Part shown: piece by piece, positions 36,973 through 50,500 of the stretch
Layout of the letters: each line of letters opens with the position of its first letter
Numbering within the stretch: the stretch's first letter is position 1
Source of the DNA: Stegostoma tigrinum
Lineage: Eukaryota
DNA: 64,000 bases
Reading direction: 5' to 3'
Assembly: GCF_030684315.1 (NCBI RefSeq)
Contig: NC_081396.1
Span: forward strand, 3,410,001 to 3,474,000
Position numbers and translations under genes: made by a program
The notes under the pieces: generated by a model
Seen by the model: the letters and a program-made list of their open reading frames with translations, nothing else
Told to the model about the DNA's origin: nothing
Databases searched by the model: none

Positions 36973-37426
36973 CTGCAGAATATTTGAAACAAATATTAAT
37001 TACTTTTAAAAGTTCAAGAAGCAATATTGGAATTTCACCGAATATTCAAATATTCCATGTTTACGTTGGGATTTATTCATTTTCATTTTTTAAAGAAACA
37101 GAATGGTATTCATTCTATTCATTAAAAAAAAAACGTTTCGGTCAATCGTGGTCTCCATGTTATCAGCCCAGAAATAGGAAATTTCGTCCATTTGTCGTCA
37201 CTGGTGTTTACATTACAAAACTCGAGGTCTCCTCCCAATTTGTTTGACTTATCACAACAGAACATCCTTGAGTTCAATTTGTTTTTATCAGTTACTTAGC
37301 TTTCTTGGCAGGAAATGATCTTTAATCCTCCCAGTGGTGTTACTTCATCACCAATCAAAGCATTCTAACAATTTAAGGTGTCTAAACTACAGATGGCATA
37401 TTTTGTGCATTCATTTCTTCACTCAC

Positions 37427-37732
37427 ATTTCTCCTTGTGGATAGAGTGTCTCAGTGGAGTTGGTAGATACTGATTGTTCACCACGCATTCAAATGTATCC
37501 CCACTCAGCCAGGCTTCAGTAGAAATATCTAACTTGCTGATCACACCTTCCGAATGCTCTCCGGACTGGTCAACAATCTCTGATTTCAGAGTCTTCTTGT
37601 CGTGCATCCAGGTGAAGTTGGCTTCAAAATGAAGGTTGTACACAATGCAGGTTAACGTCACCGTCGCCTCCAGTAAGACCTGTTCGACTGGTGGCGGTAG
37701 TATTTTAGCTGTGTAATCATGGCACTCTGAAA
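37427..37732 (-). CDS. IGHM: IgM CH3 exon
   Basis: VSECHDYTAKILPPPVEQVLLEATVTLTCIV..FTW..WLSGDTFECVVNNQYLPTPLRHSIHKEK; 306 nt, phase 1. Confidence 0.96.
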
Positions 37733-39671
37733 CTACATTGGAACAGAAGTCAGAATCAATGAAAAAATGCCTCTTGAGAAAGAAAACACCAGTATTCAGT
37801 CAATTGACTCCCACTTTGAAGAAATCACTTTCGAGAGGGCAACTTCGAACTGTTCCTGCAATGATATTTCCTTTTGTTCATATATTTTGATTTGTGAAAA
37901 CATTGTTGATTACCTATGAGATGCCCTGTGTAATTACTACCAAAGAAAACCAGCTTTGCAACAAATGAATCCTGTGTAAATAAACAAAATCATCACTGGT
38001 ACCACGATTTAACCCATGGACTAATTTCCTTTCAGATTTCTTGTCTCACTTCAGGCCAACTACTGATACTTTTGGCAAAACTAACCTCCAATCAAAATAA
38101 TGAATTTATTCTTTTCCTTTCACAAGGCATGTGTGGAAATGCTGCTTGTCATGGTGGGTGCCAAATCAATTAACAATTTTAGCAAACCTGTAATCTAACT
38201 AGTTAGTTTCTTATTCCTCGTGTAATTATGGATATTTTCCGATGTTACAGAAGTATGGAGCTTCCACGGAAATTCTATTCAATGTAATTTAACGTAATGG
38301 AAATTAAGTTGCATTATTGGTGTGAGATCGTTCTCAAAAGTAGCTCGTGAAATATTATTCCTCGTGTGCCGAATTTGCAGAAGACCTTAAAAAGAGACAA
38401 AGAATACAGCCTTCGAAATAGAGTAGGACACTCGTCCACTCAAGACTTCCCTCCACTACGCCCTCTTCAGTGAGACATTGATTGGGCTCTACTTCCACTT
38501 TATTTAGGGAACGACAATCTTAAATTTCTTCACAGAAAAAAAAAGTCAAGTCGGGAGAGTTTAACATTGATGTGTAAACTCACCTGATATTTGCAGTGAA
38601 AAATTTCAACCTTCCACAACTCACTGCCTCAACATATCCATCCTGAAACAAGGCTAAAATACATTGGCTCTCATGCTGAGCCCATTCATTCCAATTGCGG
38701 CATTCCCAACAGCACAAATTGTCCTGTCATTGCCACTAATTACAGGAAACGCCTAAAACATGCTCGATAAGATCAAGTTTATAACTGTTAATCAAATTGT
38801 ATCCTCAATTGGTCACTGTTTTAGTGCCATGATTAAAGTTAATGAGCCCTGTAACACGTTAAAAAAATCAAGAAAATGCTCCAGGTCAACAGGCAATTCC
38901 TAATCTTGGAACGAAATATTGAACACAATTTGCTTTATTTTCAAATAATAGTCACTTAATACCTTACCATGTCATCTTCTGACTTCAAACCAAAAGAGCA
39001 TAACCAGAAGATTCATTCAGTCAAGTCTCCTCTGCCATTCAATCATGGCTGATATGTTTCTCAAATGCATTCTCCCGCCTTCTCCCAGTACTAAGCACCA
39101 GCCAATCGAACTCTATGTTAAATATTCCCAATGACGTGACCTCCACAGCCCTCTGGGGCAGTGAGATCCACAGAATAGTCACTCCCTGACTAAAGATATT
39201 CCTCCTTGGTCCAATTCTATCTGGTCATCCCTTTGACTTTGAGGCTGTGTCATCAGACCCTTGTCAAATTTTTAGTGAAAACATTTTCTCCACACCAAAC
39301 CTATCCCAGTTTCTCAGTGCTTTCTAAGTTTAACCGAGGTCTGTTCTCGAGGGCTTCAAACCCCACAATTCCTTTATCCTTGAATCCATAACCAGCAGTG
39401 GATTCTGTATTCACACTACCTCTCCAAGTATTGTCAAACGACAAATGAATCCAATTAACGATCATGTGTCATCAAAATAGTGGAAAGCATGATTCTCTGA
39501 TTTGAATTATGAGCAATGGTGATGGAAAACTCACAATGAAATGAGATACACCCTGCATGATCTCAGATTATGAACTGTCCCATGCTGTTTACTGACCTTG
39601 ATACAGTAAGTGTATTGGATTTGCATCAGTGATCAGAATTAGGATTCTTTCTGTAGTAATGCATCTCTTAC

Positions 39672-39983
39672 CCTGTGGCCCAGTGATGTTTTGACGTTGA
39701 ATAAGCCCTTCATGGTCGACCTGACATGTATAGACTGCTCTGTTGAACCATTCACTATAAGGGACTCTCAGCTGACTGGTCGTTGAGAAGTTTCCGTTTG
39801 TTTCACACACGGCAGAAGTGAAGATACCAGATTTTACCTCTCCTCCATTCTTCAACCAAGTCACAGAGATTTGCTTTGGATTGAAGTCAAAGACTGAACA
39901 GACGATGGTTGCAACTTTTCTGTGCTCGATTTCTTCACTGGAACTCACAGTTACGAGAATAGTTGGATGGGCACTACCTTTAC
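39672..39983 (-). CDS. IGHM: IgM CH2 exon
   Basis: KGSAHPTILV..ATIVCSVFDFNPKQISVTWLKNG..EWFNRAVYTCQVDH..NITGPQ; 312 nt, phase 1. Confidence 0.96.
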
Positions 39984-40099
39984 CTTTCGAAAACAGATCG
40001 TGTAAGTTATCTGATTTGAGAACACATATTGTCAGTTCTTCTCTTTCAATGCTCATTGCGGCTAATAGATACTTGATGAAACATTACAAGGATACTATT

Positions 40100-42240
40100 T
40101 ATGCAGAATAGAGCAAAAGGTGTCATTCAGGCAGAAAGATCAGCAGGTTGATATCAAGGCCTAAAATTGGAAGAAACAACAAGTACTCAATGTGGAACGG
40201 AAATTACACATCAATCAAATCAAGGAAAGAATTCCAACGAGTTGAAGAGATAAATGAGGAAATTAAGCAGTTGACATCACAGAGATATGTTGAGAGAGGG
40301 GAACGGCACATTATGACTGGAGATACAGCCTTCAGGTGAGTCACAGAAAGTTATGAAACAGAGGTGGGAGGTGGAGGAGGTGATGGTTTCTGTCGTAATA
40401 TCGAGCAGTATGCCTTCCGTAGTAATGAGGAACGAAATCGTCGATACCTCCTCAAATGAAGGCACATGAAAAGGACCAAAAAACCAAAATAAAGCAAAAA
40501 GCCTGCGAGGAGCGCAAGAAAGGCTCCTTGACAGGCCTGAGAGATATGAGTGCAGATACATCAGCAAATTGTCAGACAAGTGTCCATAAATAGGGTAATG
40601 ATTGTAAGGATTGCGATTTCCCCAATGTAGGCTGGTCATGCATCGTTTCAAGTGTCCAGAAGGAACAGATTTGTGAAATTGAGCTTTTGAAAATAGTGCG
40701 TTGGAGGCTTTGCAAGCGAGGCTGAACGTGGACTTAACTTTAGGTAATGAGACTGAAAAAGTGCTTTATATATCAATGGAGAAGCATTTTGCAGAGATTG
40801 ATCACAAATTCATTGGATTCAATATTGTTCTGCAAAGTGAGAGTAATAGGCCTGAACCCAAATTATGAAACATAAAAAGGTCAAACGTGTAATGATCGGG
40901 TACGATTTGACCAGAGTGAACTGAGAACGGACATTTAATAGTAAATGTGAGTTGGAACAGGAGGGTGCATTCAAGGAGGAAGTGCAAAGACTAAAAGGCT
41001 AACATGTATCAACAAAGAAAGGACATGTGATGAAAAATGAAGTGAGCCCTGGACATCCAAAGCCATACTGGATTATCTCAAGACATTCAAAAAAAGCTTA
41101 TGGCATGCATCGAATGTTCAAAACAGTGGAAGCTCTCAAGACGTACAGAATATGCAAGAGCAAGTTTGAGAAGAGAAATTCAGAGAGAAACACAAAACAT
41201 AAAATTCTGTTGGCACAATATTGTAAAATATGTTAAATAAAAAAAAGAGCTGAGGTACAAGTTGATTAATGACAGAAGGATAACAATGGAAACAATAGGG
41301 CTCATTAAGTGCAAGAGAAGTATTATTTGCCTGGATTAACAGCCCGTCGGTTCTATTATAAATGAATACATTGTGTCGCAGTTCACGATTAAAGTGAAGT
41401 TGCGGGTGTAGAAATCATGGAGAATAATTGTGATGTGTTTTAGGAAATCTGCATTAGATGAATGGATGTTCTGTGTTGTATTACGGTTTGGATGAAATGT
41501 ACCCAGGGGTGTTGACAGAGGAAAAGGAGGAAATGGTTGAGCTGATGGCAATAATTTTGAAGCCATTTTTGGCCTCAGGGGATAGCCCAAATGGCTGTGG
41601 GTCAGTCAAAGTGGTATCACGGAGGAAAAGGGGGCAAAATATAAACCACAGAATCGGGGGCAGTCAAACTCGGCGCAGACGCAGGAAAAATGTTGGAAGC
41701 AATTCCAATAAACACAATTAATCTTCATTTGGAAGAGTTTAATTAAAAAAAAAACTTGTCAAATTTTATTGAGGTGTCGTCATCTCGAACGAACATGTAG
41801 GAATTTTTCAAAGATTGACAATATGGGTAGATGATAGCAAAACTAAGAGGCAATGGGATCTGAGGAAATTTGATTGCATCTAGAACTGGCTGAGTGTCAG
41901 GAATTGGAGAGTGATGGTCGTGGTGTGTTTTTGTGACTGGAGGTCGTTGCCTCGTGGTGGCCTGTGGGTTTCAGCATAAATATTGTTGCTGTTTGTGATG
42001 TCTACCAACAATTTAGGCTTTAATTTGGAAGATTTGACCAGAAGTCTCACAGATGGAACGAAAATTGTTGAGCCGGAAGTATTGACCTCAAAAATTGTGC
42101 AGCATAGGAGATTTGAAAAAGAAAAAGTTGACTCGATGGGCTGATCATGACAAATAGAAATCCTTCTGGGAAAGTGTGAGGTGATGCATGCATGCTGAAA
42201 AAAAGTAAGATTTGACATTGCAAGTAGTGGAATCCTGAGA
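40100..42240 (+). mobile_element. Decayed CR1 LINE ORF2 in the CH1-CH2 intron
   Basis: Endonuclease-to-RT-like fragments (GLDEMYPGVL..IILKPFLASG; IENW-like; NPSGKCEVMH). Confidence 0.65.
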
Positions 42241-42296
42241 TGCGCGAGATTTCTGCATGCCTACCTCTTGCTTATCGCTCAGAGACTTGCCAAAAA

Positions 42297-42720
42297 GTCA
42301 CAGAGTCGTAGATATGTACAGTTTGGGAACAGACACTTCGGTTTAACACGTCCATTGTGAACAGATATCCCAAATAATCTGACAACTTTTGCCAGCATTT
42401 GCCACATTTCCCTCTCAAGCCTTCCAGTTCTTGTACACATCCAGATAACTTTTGAATGTTGTAATTTTACTCCACCAGTTCCTCTGCCATCTCACGTGGT
42501 TCACATGTCTCCCTTTGGATGGCCCCTGTTAAATCTTTGCCTTCTCAACTTAAACCTTTGGCCTCTAAGCTTTGGACTCCCATATCCCAACGAAAACACA
42601 TTGGCTGTGCACTATGTTCATATTCCTCACAGTTTTATAAACTTCTATCAGGTCTCTAGTCTTCGACTCTCCGGGGAAATTAACCCCATCTTATTCAGCC
42701 TTTCTCTGTAATTTAAATCA
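42297..42720 (-). mobile_element. CR1 LINE 3' end
   Basis: Similar to 1393-1860 and 46490-46950. Confidence 0.65.
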
Positions 42721-43040
42721 TCCTCTCGTTTCGAGTGGAATGAATCATTCAGACAAGGTTGGAGTTGATGCTGAGTGCTTGAGAGTCATGTTGAAGCTGC
42801 AACCCTAACGATATCAGAAGCTTTGAGGCAAATACTTGCATTGTCAAATCAACAAGGCAATTGATCCTGTGTTAGTAAATTGTATCAGAATAGTTGTGTA
42901 GTTTTCTTAGATTGGCATTTAATAGATGGGACAAAGGTCATTCTCTCTTGTGCATTTATGATTCTGTGAAAAGTGCAAAGAATCATGCCCTATTCACATA
43001 AAGCACACACATCGGTTTACCTGGTTCCCACAACACTTAC

Positions 43041-43337
43041 ATGGCATTTCAGTGCTTGTGTCGGATCCGCTGTGTCGAACCTCACAGATAATTTTTTCGC
43101 ATTTTGCCTCTGTTTCGGTGAGCACTAACTGACTGGTCAGGGTGTAAGTTCCCTTCTTGTTTCTCACCGATGGATATGTCTTAACTCCATTCGGAATCGG
43201 CTCCCCACCTTTCTTCCAGGTCACTTTGGTGGTGTCAGGAGAATAGTCCATCGCCAAACAACCAAAAATCACAGAGCTGTCAGTGCTGTGGTGCCCACAG
43301 GAGGCTAGTCCATAAAGTATCGGGGAAGACGGTGTCA
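43041..43337 (-). CDS. IGHM: IgM CH1 exon
   Basis: [65 protein letters not shown]; 297 nt, phase 1. Confidence 0.97.
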
Positions 43338-43379
43338 CTGGGAAAGAATGCCAGATTAAGCAAGTTAGACTCTGTTAAT

Positions 43380-43680
43380 TCATAGAATCCTTACAGAGTG
43401 CAAACAGACCATTCAATCCAACACGTCTACACTGCCAGTCGGCACAGCATCCGATCCAGAACCATTTCCATCCCCAAAAATCCTGAATTTCACATGGCTA
43501 ATCCACCAAGTGTGCATCCCTCTGGACACTGTGTGCAATTTTGAATGGTCATTTCAGCTCACCTGGACATCCTTGGACTGTGGGAGGGAATGGGAAAACC
43601 CTTTAGAAACATACGCAGATACGCTCAGAATGTGCAAATCTGGCACAGACAATTATTCGAGGTTGAAAGCGATCGCGGTG
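43380..43680 (-). mobile_element. HE1/V-SINE-like element
   Basis: GGACTGTGGGAGG..ACGCAGATAC..AGAATGTGCAAATCTGGCACAGAC matches the antisense V-SINE core; CR1-like tail. Confidence 0.65.
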
Positions 43681-43908
43681 CTGATAGCAACGTACAATCA
43701 GCTTATTTTTGGTTCATGTTATTTGTTGTTCTGTTATTTCGATCTCCAGAAACACGCCTTATACCTTCACCATTATGTTATCACTAAGGAATAAGAACAC
43801 TCCAAGCTCATCACAATTCAGTTTTGAAAGATTTTACCATTAAGAAGATTGACATTCATTTGGATTACAAGTGAATAGAGGAGACGTTAAACGAATTAAA
43901 ACCAAAGC

Positions 43909-43910
<2 letters not shown>

Positions 43911-43963
<53 letters not shown>
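43911..43963. repeat. Compound (TG)n(AG)n microsatellite
   Basis: Seen directly. Confidence 0.95.
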
Positions 43964-43967
<4 letters not shown>

Positions 43968-46484
43968 TAGTGAGAGGGTCAGAGAGACAGACAGATTTTC
44001 ATTGTTCATTTACCAGGTCTACATTTCTCAATCATGAAAGTTGTGTGAATGATCAATTGCCTTGTCCCTTCTATGATTGCTCTTGTGGAAGGAAGTTCAC
44101 TGCAATTGGTCATCTCATACTACCTCAGATTCGCCATGTGCCCAAAGAATTTAAAAGTGACTGATCCTCAGAAGTGACTGTATAAATTGTACTTACAGGA
44201 TTACAATAAAACAATCAGAATAAAAAGATGAGTGAGGAATATGAAGAGTCTTTTATGACGTGCTGGGTTGCGAGACTTGGAGTGAACGCTTTCTGACTGA
44301 TCCCTCCCTGACATGATACAAATTTGATGTGTCTGAAAGGATATTTGTTCTTTGCAAGCCAATAAATTTCAATTATTTCAACATTAAAGTAAAGTTTCCA
44401 GGGCAGTGGCCAACATTAGAGTAACGTTTCCAGGACAGATGTCAACACTGACTTCTGAGTCCATGAATTGCCTTGAATTGAGAAACGAAATGGGTGAGGC
44501 AGGGCCCTTCTTATCGTCTGATGCTGCCATGCCACAGAATCTTGACTGATAATTCAATGTTCTTCCTATTTGAAAACCAGTTGGAAGACATAGATAATAT
44601 AATGTTTGCAGTGGCTGCGCTCATGGGAGAGACTTCAATGTGCATCACAATACAAGTAATGAAAGGCAAATTGCTGCCCAGTGTGAAACAAAAATTGGTC
44701 CACACATTCGTTGATTATACTTGTACCTGTGATTCGAAATTGCTGTCAACAGAAGCTACCTTTGCCCTTTGCTAATTATCGATGGGGATGTGTGTACCGT
44801 TGCTTTCTTCCAATTTTCATGACCTTACAAAGCACATATTTTCAGTTATGCTTGGACGGGAGTGGTAGGCCCAGAAATAACGTGAAAAAGCGGCGATATC
44901 GTTTAGCATAGAGAATCAATTTCAGTTGGTTGCGTTGTCTTTCATTTGCTGCCCCGTCCTTCTTAGTGGGAGAGGTCCTGGGCTCGAAATTTGCTGGGGA
45001 TGGAGTCTGGCCGTGTTTCGAGAGTGGAACCAGCAGAGAACCAACAACGGTCCCACTGCATTCGAAGTAAAGGAGTGAATATTGCATTTGATAAATGGGA
45101 TGCCAAACAAGTGCATTCCATCATGCTGAATGGTGCAAAGCTTCTTCAGCGCGACTGAAGCTTCACTCGTCCAGAAAAGTGAATAGTATCCCATCACACT
45201 TCTGTCTCGTGCCTTCTTGGTGAGTCGGCGTTTGGGGATAGCAGGTAAATTCCTTGCCGAAAATGTCTGGCCTCAGACCTTTTCTTGGTACCATATCATT
45301 TGCATCGTAAATCATATTCATTTTTATTTTAAATGACAGCCCACAGCATGTTGATGATGTGGGATTCATCAATGATAATAACATTAACAAGATAAGTATT
45401 TAAAGTCAGTCTTCTGAGAGATGGAATATATTGGGCACAAATGCGTTGTGAAACTTATTTTCCATTGTGAATGCAAGTCAGAATATTTATTCTCAGAAGA
45501 AGTTCATTGCAGCAGTGCCCAAAGGATCAGAGGACACGAGCTGTGAGTAGCTCTGTCATATTTGACCTCATGCCAATTATCTGGAAGCTTAAACTGATAA
45601 CGGGCAATTATCCGAATGCTGGAGGCCTCTGCAAATAAGCGGTCCTCCATTGACAATCAGAGACTTTGGTGAACTATAGTCAGCTGCAAATTCCGCAGGA
45701 ACGATTCAAAAAATTAACGTGTGCGCTTTAACTAACAAATTGACACCGAATTCACTGCAAAGCTCTAATTTCTCAGTCTGACATCCACTCCCTCTCATTC
45801 TGTCCTAGAACCTCCACTGATGTTGATCACCCCAACACTGTCACATCGCCATTCACTCTGGAATGCATGAGCGCATTCAAACAATACTACACATTCCAAG
45901 ATAATCATTTACTCAGCTGGATATGTACTCTCGATTCCTTACAATCCATTCCCCTTCTGCCAATCTGCACATGGCCCATTTATATCTGACCCTGACAGTG
46001 CCTGTCACTATCGTGGGGATCCAACTCCCCAACACATGAGTTTAAGGCCTTGATCATTGAACACTCATCTTACCGAATCAAGCTGCGAACATTGCATCCC
46101 ACCTCTCTTCTCATCCGTTGTTTCCTGCCTGCCACTTTGCTAAACTGTGAGGTTTACATTGTGTATGATGCCCTCCTGCCAATTCATTGCTGTGATCACC
46201 TACCACCCAAAACAGTCCCGCATACTGCTGACCTGTCAACTAGCCAGTCTGGCACTTGAGGCACCGACAATATTTCCACTAAAACGACCCCTCACTTTAC
46301 AAGTACCACTCAGTCAAGCTGGTTCCTCGGAACCATAGTCATCTGCCTGGATTCTAAACTGCCCAGCTACATGCATGCCAGCTCATGCAGCAGCCACCCA
46401 ATACATCAAAGCCGACCAGCTCACACTCTTTCCCCTCACTGTCTCACCACCTGAGAACATCAGGCATGCTCCATAATGTGGCCA

Positions 46485-47590
46485 CAGAGTTATAGAGTCA
46501 TGCAGTGTAGAAAACGCCCCTTCAGTCCAAATCACCAAGGCCGACAGCATTCACAAATTAAAGTAAACCCATTTGCCTACATTTGGTGCAAGTGTCTCCA
46601 AAGCTGTTCGTGGACTTGCCGAAATGTCTTTTCAATGTGATAGCTGTACCTGCATCTACTACTTCCTCTGCCAGTTCATTCCACACACCTACCACCCTCT
46701 GTTTGAAAAAGTTCCCCACGGGTCCCGTTTAAAGCTATCTCTGTTAACTTAAAACTATGGCATTTAGTTTTGATCTCCTCTGCAATGGAAAGAAAGAGTA
46801 ACCTTTGCTATTCCCCTTTTCTATTTCCCTCATGATTATACAAACCTTTATAAAGCCACATATACCCTTTTATAAATCTTCTAAAGTCACGAAATTCAAA
46901 GAAACATCCAAAGCAAACAATCACTTTCCATCTCTCAAAACCTCAAGTCTCAGTTACATCCGGCAAATATTTTCTGTACTCTTTCTCAATTCGCAAGATT
47001 ATTCATGCAGCAGGGCAACAAAACCTAAACACTGTACTCCAAAAGTGGCCTCATTAATGTCGGGATAATAAAATGTGAGCTGGATGAACACAGCAGGCCC
47101 AGCAGCATCTCAGGAGCACAAAAGCTGACGTTTTGGGCCTCGACCTTTCATCCCTGCTGTGTTCATCCAGCCTCACATTTTATTATCTTGGATTCTCCAG
47201 CATCTGCAGCTCCCATTATCACTCATTAATGTCGGGTACAGCCAATTGACTGTTGATTCTTATACTCAACGCTCGAAACAATGAACAAAAGCATGCCAAA
47301 AGCCTTCATCACTACTCTATCCGTGATACCTCTTGCAAGGAACGATGGACCTGATCCCGAACGTCCCTCTGTTTGACAACAATCCCCAGTGCCCGACAAG
47401 GAACTGTGTAATTCATGCGCTGGTTTGTCTCATCAAAATACAATACCACTCATTCATCTCAGTTGGACTCTATCTGTCATTCCTCAGCCAATTGATCCTG
47501 CTGATCAAGATCCCTTTGAACATTTAAAAAAAGCTCTTCATCGACCACGTTATGACCCATTTTGTTGACATCACAAACTTGCTGAACATT
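46485..47590 (-). mobile_element. CR1 LINE 3' portion with nested Penelope fold-back
   Basis: Similar to 1393-2950. Confidence 0.7.
47065..47221. mobile_element. Penelope mini fold-back with perfect 15-bp TSD
   Basis: CTCATTAATGTCGGG at 47050-47064 and 47222-47236; arms GATAATAAAATGTGAG..CACAGCAGG / CCTGCTGTG..CTCACATTTTATTATC. Confidence 0.85.
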
Positions 47591-50500
47591 CATTGTTTTC
47601 AAGTTTCAATGCCGAATATTGTGTCTTGTTCATATTTTCCCTCATAACCACGCTTTCCTTTAACAATTTTTTGAAAAAAATCATGTTTTAGCCTCAATCA
47701 CTTCCTTTGGCAGAATATTCAAGAGGTTCCCCACGCTCCAGGTGAACAGTAAACAAATGAGTAAAATTTTATGGGGTGTTAGGAAGACTGTTGCACTCAA
47801 GAAATATCATGATCTCATGAATGGACAAACATTCTTAATGTGCCAAGAGACCTTCATCGGCCTCTAATCAGTATCCTCACATTTTCTCTCGGCAGCACGT
47901 CCCAAAACTGTTGACGTTGAGGACACCGGACGGAGAGGAAAGCAAGTGCTTCACTTGAAACTTCACCTCCAAATCACAGTTGGTTTCACTTGCAAATATT
48001 TCTCTGTCCCTTTCCTATTTCAGGACCACAGTTATTAAAATCACTTTCTAACAGCACTGTAGACCTACAAATGCCACTTGAATCGTAGCAATTCAAGTCG
48101 GCTGGTGCTTACAAAGTTCGGAAGGAGATGTAAGAGTTCTGACACTTCCAGGTAAGTCTAGAGACACAAATAACTATTCGACGGATTGAAATATATTTGA
48201 GGGACTTGTTGAGTGCCCATTCAGGGACCACGTGCCAAACAGCATCCTTCTGTGTTAATCCGCTATGTTTTCACTGAATTAACAGAACTGTCGCTACATT
48301 ATTTAATGGAAATGAAGGTTTCCTCATTTTAAACATCGTAACCATATGTTAATATTGCCTGGAATAACGAAATATCGTGTTTCATTAAAATGGTCTGACG
48401 AACTTGATTGTGCTGTTTGAACTGGAAATTGTCAGAGATTTAAAGTTGATTCTCATCATACTATTTGTCCTGAAACCACGGCTGCAGATTGGGTTACTCA
48501 CTTTCAATGATTATCTGATACTAAATATCACTGAACATTCTTAATTTACTATAACACATTTTCTCGATGAACATCTGAAGTTGTTCCACTGACCTCGAGC
48601 ATGTTTTTACCGAAAAATCAAAACAAACTGAATGTGAGAAGCCTGAAATAAAACCAGAAATTACTGAAGAATCTCAGCCGGTCTGATAAATTCAGAGGAG
48701 AGAAAATGCAAAGATAATTTTTCGAGCACTCTTTAGCAAATTATGTTCATGTTTCCTAGTATGGGAACAAACATCAATTCAGTTCGGCTTTGAGTAAGTT
48801 TGTTTGGCTTCTGCTGGAAAACGGATGCTTCCGAGACGTAATGGACAAACTGAGGTACAAACGAAAGGTTGTCTGAAAATCTGCCACCATTTGCTCTCAG
48901 TGTTGGATTCAGCGGAAAATTCATCCTCCTGAACAGTCAAACTATTCTGATTAGGTACTTTGTTGGTTTGATAAAAAATAAAACAGGCTCAACATTGTCA
49001 CCTCAAGTATTCTTTGGGGGTCTATTCATACGAGGATTTTTAAATTAATATTATTGATAGATGATTAAGTCAACAACTGGAATTTCTGTTGGGAGTAACT
49101 GAATTAACCCCACTCGTATCACCCAAATCCCAAGAGCAAATATTGCTTTTATTTAAATTAAATCGATCTCCCCCAACGCCCCACCCAATCCCAGCTGCTG
49201 TTTAGACAGGTTTTGAATCAGGACTCTATTTCTGAAATTCTGAAAACACCGACAGAAATTACAGTGTTTTTTCTTCTCCGATTTAACCCATTCAGCGGTG
49301 GTATTATGTACCTCTGAAACAGATTGGAATTGAACACGGGCCACATATCTCAAATTCAGGGTCACCACCACTGCACTGCAAGAGACCAGAATATAAAAGC
49401 TCGACACTATCTCGGACAATAGAGCCCACTTGTTTGACAGTACATAAACAATGTTATCTATTAACTCCTTTCAGCAACCAGGCATAGTTATAGAGTCTTT
49501 TCACGAATTTCAAAAATTATTCTAACGCTCTTTGATAGTCCTTCTGAATTAGACAATTTCGACAAGAACTACTGGAATAAAACTGAAATAAACTGGAATT
49601 GCATTTCGATCAATACAGTGTCACTAGATTTTAACCTTGGGGAAGTCCCTTTCCAACAGAATCATGGGTGTTACTGCACCAGACTATCCGCTATAACTTA
49701 ATAAAGAAAAATATTTTGAAGTGTACTTTTATCGTTAACAGTCGCACGAACAGCCCACGATAGCTACTCCAAGAAGAAGATGCAAAATAAATTCTGATTC
49801 TACGTTGTGCCACCTAACTTGTCACGGAAAGCTGAGTGAGGAATAAAATTTACAACACGCTATTTCCACTGCCTCACTCAATCAATCATTTCACTCAATC
49901 AAAAAGCTCCCAAGGCAGACAAATTATTGCTAAAAATCGATTTCAAAAATCCTGCAGTAATTTCAGAATTTTTTGCTCTGATTTTAGCGATTTGGTCAGG
50001 GTTTTCATTTCTGAGGCGCCAATCAAATGTTATTTTACCGGCAGATCAAAGCATTTTTGAAGCAATAGATGAAATTCAACTGCTTCAAATACAGCAGACT
50101 GAACCAGACAATTTACAACGTTCAAGACCACAGATTCACTGTAATTTAACTTTCATAAAACAAACTAGTCAGAGGTAAGCAAAAATGTCAATGGGAATAC
50201 ATTCAAATAGACCAGAGAATACATTCTCCTTTAATAAACTTCATAAATCATCATGATAAACCAAATTTTGAGGTGAGAAATTTCACTAATTTAAGCAAAG
50301 CTCAAGAGGAAATAGAAAATGTTCGAAATTAATTTTACGTATTCTTAAAAGATTTCTTTAAATTTGGAGATTTTGCACGCACTATACAAAATCAATTTGC
50401 ACAATATTGTGGAAAACAATTTCTGTTGAATAACTTAAGGTAAATATTTCCTGTCAGGGTTGCTTTGCAACGGATATTTAGTTTTCTTATGAACTGATTT

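Noticed and set aside
36816-37247. Plus-strand ORFs overlapping CH4 (also 39818-40111 and 20954-21289)
   Set aside because: Antisense shadows of Ig exons.
16415-45305. Scattered perfect octamers (e.g. 16415, 19411, 21912, 27958, 29846, 45298)
   Set aside because: Expected by chance in AT-rich DNA; some lie in LINEs; the 19411 site is not conserved in the paralog.
44400-46480. Higher-complexity stretch in the J-CH1 intron, possibly an old transposon or extra exon
   Set aside because: No recognisable protein motif or Ig-domain pattern by eye; needs a repeat-library search.
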